Both the position numbers and the translations under genes were made by a program. The notes under the pieces are model-generated. The model saw only the letters and a program-made list of their open reading frames with translations. It did no database searches and had not been told where the DNA came from. Positions 53,765-64,000 of a stretch of 64,000 nucleotides of DNA are shown in pieces. The stretch spans positions 62,001-126,000 of the forward strand of contig NIVC01000733.1 in assembly GCA_002269645.1 (NCBI GenBank), written 5' to 3'. The stretch's first letter is position 1; every line of letters starts with the position of its first letter. This stretch comes from Macrostomum lignano (Eukaryota).

Positions 53765-56700
53765 TCCAGACCCCCAGTTGCTGGGCCAGCCTCCCAGACC
53801 CCCAGTTGCTGGGCCAGCCTCCCAGATCCCCAGTTGCTGGGTCAGCCTCCCAGATCCCCAGTTGCTGGGCCAGCCTCCCAGATCCCCAGTTGCTGGGCCA
53901 GCCTCCCAGATCCTCAGTTGCTGGGCCAGCCTCCCAGAGTGTCAGTTATTCGGCCAGCCTCCCAGATCCTCAGTTGCTGAGCCAGCCTCCCAGATCTCCA
54001 GTTGCTGGGCCAGCCTCTCAGATCCTCAGTTGCTGGGCCAGCCTACCAGATCTCCAGTTGCTGGGCCAGCCTACCAGATCCTCAGCTGCTGGACCAGCCT
54101 ACCAGATCTCCAGTTGCTGGGCCAGCCTCCCAGATCCTCAGTTGCTGGGCCAGACTTCCAGATCCTCAGTTGCTGGGCCAGCCTCCCAGATCCTCAGTTG
54201 CTGGGCCAGCCTCCCAGATCCTCAGTTGCTGGGCCAGCCTCCCAGATCCTCAGTTGCTGGGCCAGCCTCCCAGATCCTCAGTTGCTGGGCCAGCCTCCCA
54301 GATCCTCAGTTGCTGGGCCAGCCTCCCAGATCCTCAGTTGCTGGGCCAGCCTCCCAGATCCTCAGTTGCTGGGCCAGCCTCCCAGATCCTCAGTTGCTGG
54401 GCCAGCCTCCCAGATCCTCAGTTGCTGGGCCAGCCTCCCAGATCCTCAGTTGCTGGGCCAGCCTCCCAGATCCTCAGTTGCTGGGCCAGCCTCCCAGATC
54501 CTCAGTTGCTGGGCCAGCCTCCCAGACCCCCAGTTGCTGGGCCAGCCTCCCAGACCCCCAGTTGCTGGGCCAGCCTCCCAGATCATTAGTTGCTGAGCCA
54601 GCCTCCCAGATCCTCAGTTGCTGGGCCAGCCTCCCAGATCCCCAGTTGCTGGGCCAGCCTCCCAGATCCTCAGTTGCTGGGCCAGCCTCCCAGATCCTCA
54701 GTTGCTGGGCCAGCCTCCCAGATCTCCAGTTGCTGGGCCAGCCTCCCAGATCCTCAGTTGCTGGGCCAGCCTCCCAGATCCCCAGTTGCTGGGCCAGCCT
54801 CCCAGATCATCAGTTGCTGGGCCAGCCTCCCAGATCCTCAGTTGCTGGGCCAGCCTCCCAGATCCTCAGTTGCTGGGTCAGCCTCCCAGACCCCCAGTTG
54901 CTGGGCCAGCCTCCCAGATCTCCAGTTGCTGGGCCAGCCTCCCAGATCCTCAGTTGCTGGGCCAGCCTCCCAGCTCCTCAGTTGCTGGGCCAGCCTCCCA
55001 GACCCCCAGTTGCTGGGCCAGCTTCCCAGATCCCCAGTTGCTGGGCCAGCCTCCCAGATCCCCAGTTGCTGGGTCAGCCTCCCAGATCCCCAGTTGCTGG
55101 GCCAGCCTCCCAGACCCCCAGTTGCTGGGCCAGCCTCCCAGATCCTCAGTTGCTGGGCCAGCCTCCCAGAGTGTCAGTTATTCGGCCAGCCTCCCAGATC
55201 CTCAGTTGCTGAGCCAGCCTCCCAGATCTCCAGTTGCTGGGCCAGCCTCTCAGATCCTCAGTTGCTGGGCCAGCCTACCAGATCTCCAGTTGCTGGGCCA
55301 GCCTACCAGATCCTCAGCTGCTGGACCAGCCTACCAGATCTCCAGTTGCTGGGCCAGCCTCCCAGATCCTCAGTTGCTGGGCCAGCCTCCCAGAGTGTCA
55401 GTTATTCGGCCAGCCTCCCAGATCCTCAGTTGCTGAGCCAGCCTCCCAGATCTCCAGTTGCTGGGCCAGCCTCTCAGATCCTCAGTTGCTGGGCCAGCCT
55501 ACCAGATCTCCAGTTGCTGGGCCAGCCTACCAGATCCTCAGCTGCTGGACCAGCCTACCAGATCTCCAGTTGCTGGGCCAGCCTCCCAGATCCCCAGTTG
55601 CTGGGCCAGCCTCCCAGATCCCCAGTTGCTGGGCCAGCCTCCCAGATCCTCAGTTGCTGGGCCAGCCTCCCAGATCCTCAGTTGCTGGGCCAGCCTCCCA
55701 GATCCTCAGTTGCTGGGTCAGCCTCCCAGACCCCCAGTTGCTGGGCCAGCCTCCCAGATCTCCAGTTTCTGGGCCAGCCTCCCAGATCCTCAGTTGCTGG
55801 GCCAGCCTCCCAGCTCCTCAGTTGCTGGGCCAGCCTCCCAGACCCCCAGTTGCTGGGCCAGCCTCCCAGATCTCCAGTTGCTGGGTCAGCCTCCCAGACC
55901 CCCAGTTGCTGGGCCAGCCTCCCAGATCTCCAGTTGCTGGGCCAGCCTCCCAGATCCTCAGTTGCTGGGTCAGCCTCCCAGACCCCAGTTGCTGGGCCAG
56001 CCTCCCAGATCTCCAGTTGCTGGGCCAGCCTCCCAGATCCTCAGTTGCTGGGCCAGCCTCCCAGCTCCTCAGTTGCTGGGCCAGCCTCCCAGATCTCCAG
56101 TTGCTGGGCCAGCCTCCCAGATCCTCAGTTGCTGGGCCAGCCTCCCAGATCTCCAGTTGCTGGGCCAGCCTCCCAGATCCTCAGTTGCTGGGCCAGCCTC
56201 CCAGATCTCCAGTTGCTGGGCCAGCCTCCCAGACCCCCAGTTGCTGGGCCAGCCTCCCAGACCCCCAGTTGCTGGGCCAGCCTCCCAGATCTCCAGTTGC
56301 TGGGCCAGCCTCCCAGATCTCCAGTTGCTGGGCCAGCCTCTCAGATCCTCAGTTGCTGGGCCAGCCTCCCAGATCTCCAGTGGCTGGGCCAGCCTACCAG
56401 ATCCTCAGCTGCTGGACCAGCCTACCAGATCTCCAGTTGCTGGGCCAGCCTCCCAGATCCTCAGTTGCTGGGCCAGACTTCCAGATCCTCAGTTGCTGAG
56501 CCAGCCTCCCAGAGTGTCAGTTATTCGGCCAGCCTCCCAGATCCTCAGTTGCTGAGCCAGCCTCCCAGAGTGTCAGTTATTCGGCCAGCCTCCCAGATCC
56601 TCAGTTGCTGGGCCAGCCTCCCAGATCTCCAGTTGCTGGGCCAGACTTCCAGATCCTCAGTTGCTGGGCCAGCCTCCCAGATCCTCAGTTGCTGGGCCAG

Positions 56701-56968
56701 CCTCCCAGAGTGTCAGTTATTCGGCCAGCCTCCCAGATCCTCAGTTGCTGAGCCAGCCTCCCAGATCTCCAGTTGCTGGGCCAGCCTCCCAGATCCTCAG
56801 TTGCTGGGCCAGCCTCCCAGATCTCCAGTTGCTGGGCCAGCCTCCCAGATCCTCAGTTGCTGGGCCAGCCTCCCAGATCCTCAGTTGCTGGGCCAGCCTC
56901 CCAGATCCTCAGTTGCTGGGCCAGCCTCCCAGATCCTCAGTTGCTGGGCCAGCCTCCCAGATCCTCAG
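53765..56968. repeat. 28-bp minisatellite (cagttgctgggccagcctcccagatcct)n, 3.2 kb, with higher-order structure
   Basis: Source of the 809-aa and other repeat ORFs; marker variant units recur at multiples of 28 bp. Confidence 0.97.
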
Positions 56969-57057
56969 TTTCATCTCAATAAAAACGTGAATTATTGTCA
57001 CGCTCAATTGCAGCCCTAATTTTCACACGAGCACCAGTGACACAAACAGCACAAACA

Positions 57058-57543
57058 ATGTCCGGTTGCCTTGACAACTTTCGCCTGCCAGAATGCGACT
57101 GTTCAGCGGTGCGGCCGTATCGCAATTTAATCTCCAGCATTCTGGGCGGCTGCCTCGTCTCCATCGGCTGGTGGATCATGATCGATGCAGCCGCTGGTTA
57201 TCCGTCGCAGTCGGAGATGCATCACGCGGTGCACACGTGCGGAGTCCTGGCTACTGTAGCGGTGTTCATGGTTAACTCTATTAGCAATGGCCAGGTGACT
57301 GGCAGTGACACCTACACTGATGGCTGCTTTGGGCAGAATGCTGCCAGACTGTGGCTGTTCTTGGGCTTCATCTTGGCTTTCGGATCGCTGATTGCATCAG
57401 TTTGGATTCTATTTGGCGTGTACGTTGGGCCGCAGAAGTCTCCAATGTGGCCGGGGGTTGCCATCTTCTTGCAGAATGGCTTCATTTTTGCCGGCAATAT
57501 GATCTTTAAATTTGGTCGCTCAGAGGAGTTGTGGGACGACTAA
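57058..57543 (+). CDS. TMEM50: Transmembrane protein 50 (TMEM50A/B, UPF0220 family), intronless, 161 aa
   Basis: ATG at 57058; the ORF track start at 56995 is TTG. MSGCLDNFRLPEC...RNLISSILGGCLVSIGWWIMIDAAA...HTCGVLATVAVFMVNSISNGQV...GCFGQNAARLWLFLGF..AFGSLIASVWILFG...GVAIFLQN..IF...IFKFGRSEELWDD matches the TMEM50 family; four hydrophobic segments. Confidence 0.93.
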   Translation: MSGCLDNFRLPECDCSAVRPYRNLISSILGGCLVSIGWWIMIDAAAGYPSQSEMHHAVHTCGVLATVAVFMVNSISNGQVTGSDTYTDGCFGQNAARLWLFLGFILAFGSLIASVWILFGVYVGPQKSPMWPGVAIFLQNGFIFAGNMIFKFGRSEELWDD

Positions 57544-57824
57544 TTGGATTCGAAGCACGCAACTCTGCACAGCGTTGAAAATTTAGGGTCAAAAACTGTA
57601 GACGAAAATGGAATTGACAAAACTATTTTTCTATATACTCATGATTATTGATATCTGACGCTTCTTGTACCTCTCTTGTAAATTATTTCTGTTTATATGT
57701 CGTATAATATGTCTCTTTTTGCTGCTTTTAAAACAAAGTTTCTTTATAAAATGAGATACCTACTTACCAGCAGAAATTTGATCTTTAATTTTTCTTACTT
57801 TTTAAGTCCTCATCCTAAAAATGG

Positions 57825-59067
57825 ACTCTAATCCACCCTGAGAATCGGCTCTAATCCACCCTGAGAATCGGCTCTAATCCACATTGAGAATCGGCTCTAA
57901 TCCACCCTGATAATAGGCTCTAATCACCCTTAGAATCGGCTCTAATCCACCCTGAGAATAGGCTCTAATCCACCCTTAGAATCGGCTGTAATCCACATTA
58001 AGAATCGGCTCTAATCCACCCTGAGAATCGGCTCTAATCCACCCTGAGAATCGGCTCTAATCCACCCTGAGAATCGGCTCTAATCCACCCTGAGAATCGG
58101 CTCTAATCCACCCTGAGAATCGGCTCTAATCCACCCTGAGAATCGGCTCTAATCTACCCTGAGAATCGACTCTAATCCACCCTGAGAATCGGCTCTAATC
58201 TACCCTGAGAATCGGCTCTAATCCACCCTGAGAATCGGCTCTAATCCACCTGAGAATCGGCTCTAATCCACCCTGAGAATCGGCTCTAATCCACCCTGAG
58301 AATCGGCTCTAATCCACCCTGAGAATAGGCTCTAATCCTCCCTGAGAATCGGCTCTAATCCACATTGAGAATCGGCTCTAATCCACCCTGAGAATCGGCT
58401 CTAATCCACCCTGAGAATCGGCTCTAATCCACCCTGAGAATCGGCTCTAATCCACCCTGAGAATCGGCTCTAATCCACCCTGAGAATAGGCTCTAATCCA
58501 CCCTGAGAATCGGCTCTAATCCACCCTGAGAATCGGCTCTAATCCACCCTGAGAATCGGCTCTAATCCACCCTGAGAATCGGATCAAATCCACACTGAGA
58601 ATCGGCTCTAATCCACCCTGAGAATCGGCTCTAATCCACCCTGAGAATCGGCTCTAATCCACCTGAGAACCGGCTCTAATCCACATTGAGAATCGGCTCT
58701 AATCCACCCTGAGAATCGGCTCTAATCCACATTGAGAATCGGCTCTAATAAATTCTTAGAATCGGCTCTAATCCACCCTGAGAATCGGCTCTAATCCACC
58801 CTGAGAATCGGCTCTAATCCACACTGAGAATCGGCTCTAATCCACCCTGAGAATCGGCTCTAATCCACCCTGAGAATCGGCTCTAATCCACCTGAGAATC
58901 GGCTCTAATCCACATTGAGAATCGGCTCTAATAAATTCTTAGAATCGGCTCTAATCCACCCTGAGAATCGGCTCTAATCCACCCTGAGAATCGGCTCTAA
59001 TAAATTCTTAGAATCGGCTCTAATCCACCCTGAGAATCGGCTCTAATCCACCCTGAGAATCGGCTCT
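57825..59067. repeat. 23-bp minisatellite (gagaatcggctctaatccaccct)n
   Basis: Tandem array; the same unit reappears at ~63960-64000. Confidence 0.96.
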
Positions 59068-59534
59068 GTTGTATTTAAAAAATAGTTTCTTAAATCAAGG
59101 GCATTCAATTAAATCATTTCGTGACAGAAAAACTTGTATTCTTCAAAATATTCAGTTTTCTTGTTAACCTGAATTATAGATTTTTAGCTATTAAGCATCA
59201 ATTTGCTTGCTAAGAATAAAATTGTAGTTTTGTTACCGTTTATCCTGACTTGGCTTTCTTATTGGCCTAAGAAAGTTAATTCGTTTTGGGCACAAAATTT
59301 GTGTATTAAATATTTCTTGTGTAATCACATTGAGTGCTTTACTGTTTATTGTCAATAATTTTTGTCGATTTTACAGAATAATCATTCTGTTTCAATAATC
59401 TCTGTAGCGGTTTTTTGAAACGTTTTAATTCTGTCATGGGTGAGATTCTGAAGCATTTACTATTCAGTAAGGGTAAGACTTTGAAAATTGTAACAATTAA
59501 ACAAACTTAAAATAAAACTAGCAATCTAGTGCCC

Positions 59535-60578
59535 CCCCTCCTCAGCAATTCCCCCAGAAAGCCTTGACATCTCAGCAATTCCCCCCGTAAGCCTTGACAT
59601 CTCAGCAATTCCCCCCGTAAGCCTTGACATCTCAGCAATTCCCCCCGTAAGCCTTGACATCTCAGCAATTCCCCCAAAAAAACTTGACATCTCAGCAATT
59701 CCCCCCGTAAGCCTTGACATCTCAGCAATCCCCCCGTAAGCCTTGACATCTCAGCAATTCCCCCCGTAAGCCTTGACATCTCAGCAATTCCCCCCGTAAG
59801 CCTTGACATCTCAGCAATTCCCCCCGTAAGCCTTGACATCTCAGCAATTCCCCCAAAAAAACTTGACATCTCAGCAATTCCCCCCGTAAGCCTTGACATC
59901 TCAGCAATTCCCCCCGTAAGCCTTGAAATCTCAGCAATTCCCCCCGTAAGCCTTGACATCTCAGCAATTCCCCCTGAAAACCTTGAAATCTCAGCAATCC
60001 CCCCGTAAGCCTTGACATCTCAGCAATCCCCCCGTAAGCCTTGACATCTCAGCAATTCCCCCCGTAAGCCTTGAAATCTCAGCAATTCCCCCAGAAAACC
60101 TTGACATCTCAGCAATCCCCTCCGTAAGCCTTGACATCTCAGCAATTCCCGACATCTCAGCAATCCCCCCAGAAAACCTTGACATCTCAGCAATCCCCTC
60201 CGTAAGCCTTGACATCTCAGCAATCCCCCCAGAAAACCTTGACATCTCAGCAATCCCCTCCGTAAGCCTTGACATCTCAGCAATCCCCCCAGAAAACCTT
60301 GACATCTCAGCAATCCCCTCCGTAAGCCTTGACATCTCAGCAATCCCCCCAGAAAACCTTGACATCTCAGCAATCCCCTCCGTAAGCCTTGACATCTCAG
60401 CAATCCCCCCAGAAAACCTTGACATCTCAGCAATCCCCCCCGTAAGCCTTGACATCTCAGCAATTCCCCCCGTAAGCCTTGAAATCTCAGCAATTCCCCC
60501 AGAAAACCTTGACATCTCAGCAATCCCCTCCGTAAGCCTTGACATCTCAGCAATCCCCCCGTAAGCCTTGACATCTCC
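59535..60578. repeat. 30-bp minisatellite (gccttgacatctcagcaattccccccgtaa)n
   Basis: Tandem array with 29/30-bp variants. Confidence 0.96.
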
Positions 60579-60884
60579 GCTGTTAAGGTTACGGAAGCTC
60601 GTCTTAAATGGTTATTAAATTTGCCTTTTTACGAGCGTACGCGTGTACTATTTTTTCAGCAAGTTAAGTTAAACATCTGAAGTTTTCCTGTTGAATCTAA
60701 CAATGCATTGCAGAAAGCGCCGTAACTTATTATAGAATTTCTATGCACTGACACTACAGACTCCTCTCTAAGCCTGAGTTTGCCGTTTAATTTGTGAAAG
60801 ATATAAAAATTAATCGGTTTTTATCAGTTCACGCATACATGATCAGCTGTGATTGTTATTGCTTTTAATTGCTTTCAACTGTTA

Positions 60885-61350
60885 GATCTCTGTGCCCGTT
60901 ATCTCTCTTTATCCCTACCCGTTATCTCCCTCTATCCCTACCTGTTATCTCCCTCTATCCCTACCTGTTATCTCCCTCTATCCCTACCTGTTATCTCCCT
61001 CTATCCCTACCCGTTATCTCCCTTTATCCCTGCCCGTTATCTCTCTTTATCCCTACCCGTTATCTCCCTCTATCCCTACCTGTTATCTCCCTCCATCCCT
61101 ACCTGTTATCTCCCTCTATCCCTACCCGTTATCTCCCTTTATCCCTGCCCGTTATCTGCCTTTATCCCTACCGGTTATCTCCCTTTATCCCAACCCGTTA
61201 TCTCCCTCTATCCCTACCTGTTATCTCCCTCTATCCCTACCCGTTATCTCCCTGTATCCCTACCTGTTATCTCCCTTTATCCCTACCCATTATCTCCCTC
61301 TATCCCTACCTGTTATCTCCCTCTATCCCTACCTGTTATCTCCCTCTTCC
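60885..61350. repeat. 23-bp pyrimidine-rich minisatellite (tgttatctccctctatccctacc)n
   Basis: Tandem array upstream of MTRFR. Confidence 0.94.
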
Positions 61351-61640
61351 TGCCCGTTATTTCTCACTCTCATCTCCCCAGCTTCCTTCGATACTTCCTT
61401 AACGAAACCGTCAGAATTTTCCTTTGATCTTCAGATTTTTTCGATCCGTTTTTTTCCGGATCGAATTTCGCTCGTTTAGTTAAATAGTTTTCTTTCTTAA
61501 CGTCATTCCACCTGATCTTATAATCTCCTAACTGAATCCTTTTATCGTATCTGATTTCGTTTTTTGAGTCTTCTTCTTTGAATCCTCTTCCGAGCAAAGA
61601 CAGGCAACAAAGAGAAAAAAGATAAATCGCTGTTTCTGAT

Positions 61641-61661
61641 GTCTTTTTTTCTGTACTGCAG
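61641..61661 (+). promoter_or_regulatory. Unpaired 3' splice acceptor in front of MTRFR (candidate SL trans-splice site)
   Basis: gtctttttttctgtactgcag|AGC ACT AAA; in-frame TAA at 61623 with no ATG between it and the acceptor. Confidence 0.65.
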
Positions 61662-63342
<1,681 letters not shown>

Positions 63343-63379
63343 CTGACTTGTAGCATCTTATTTAGCTCACGTTTGTCAG

Positions 63380-63620
63380 CCTGTCTCTTATCTCATCCCG
63401 AAGATCTCTTATCTCACCCCGTAGATAGATCTCATCTCACCCTGTAGATCTTATCTCACCCCGTAGATCTCTTATTTCACCCCGTAGATCCCTGTCTCAA
63501 CCCGTAGATCTCTTATTTCACCCCGTAGATCCCTGTCTCAACCCGTAGATCTCTTATCTCACCCCGTAGATCTCTCATCTCAACCTGTGGATGTCTAATC
63601 TCACCCCGAAATCTTCTATT
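63380..63620. repeat. ~21-bp degenerate minisatellite (tctcttatctcaccccgtaga)n in the MTRFR 3' region
   Basis: Imperfect tandem array. Confidence 0.85.
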
Positions 63621-63844
63621 TTATATTGGCCGGTAGATTTTAATCACATCTTACCCACAGATCTCGATCTTATCCCAGCTAGTACTCGTAGATCTCCTAT
63701 CGCATCTCACCCTTCCCTTAGATCTCCTATCTTCAGTGTCGCTGATCTTCAACTTACGTTTTAACCCGTGTCTTTCAATCTGCAATACTCTGGCACTGCC
63801 AATAACTTGTACAGGATCTGGTATTTGAATTTGGTACTAATTAA

Positions 63845-63850
63845 AATAAA
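63845..63850 (+). terminator. Candidate polyadenylation signal of MTRFR
   Basis: AATAAA ~500 nt after the stop codon. Confidence 0.35.
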
Positions 63851-64000
63851 TACACACGACTGACCTAATGACCGATTCAATTGTCAAGATGTGCCTGTTT
63901 TGGCTTGTAAATTCGTGTTCTCAACTTTGAGTTTACCTGATTTTTGATTATCAGTTGGCGCTAATCTACTCAGAGAATCAGCTCTAATCCACCCTGAGAA

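Noticed and set aside
53778-57019. 809-aa and other Pro/Gln/Ser repeat ORFs
   Set aside because: 28-bp minisatellite without stop codons; non-triplet unit, no signal peptide and non-ATG starts.
56995-57057. N-terminal extension of TMEM50 in the ORF track
   Set aside because: Starts at TTG upstream of an acceptor-like site; family similarity begins at ATG 57058 (MSGCLD).
57825-60578. Regular short repeats resembling a CRISPR array
   Set aside because: Units are contiguous with no unique spacers, the context is eukaryotic and there are no cas genes.
63437-63452. accctgtagatc resembling the miR-10 5' end
   Set aside because: Lies in a degenerate minisatellite; the match stops after ~12 nt and there is no hairpin partner.

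Overview
Eukaryotic, intron-rich animal DNA. The gene style and the tandem repeat in almost every intron and spacer suggest a free-living flatworm such as Macrostomum; this is inference, not a database match. Left part (1-17 kb): the five 5' exons of a minus-strand Musashi-family RRM gene, whose large downstream intron runs off the left edge. An AT-rich spacer follows. Right part: seven co-oriented plus-strand genes: PSMA1, trifunctional GART, a HIGD2A-like gene, an atypical Rab32/38-family GTPase, a secreted six-cysteine eclosion-hormone-like peptide, TMEM50 and the mitochondrial release factor MTRFR/C12orf65. Nearly all long ORFs in the supplied track are artefacts of mini- and microsatellites. 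Main signals: (1) GART and MTRFR each begin at a phase-0 splice acceptor with no usable ATG, and both lack only the initiator Met, as expected if the AUG-ending flatworm spliced leader supplies the start codon; (2) the plus-strand cluster looks operon-like; (3) a ~4.2-4.9 kb tandem duplication bounded by tetranucleotide microsatellites shows reciprocal decay (Rab intact in copy A, peptide gene intact in copy B) and leaves in-frame duplicate Rab exons ending in a CaaX box; (4) several minisatellites are dense arrays of ETS, CRE or K50-homeodomain sites, or of small hairpins.
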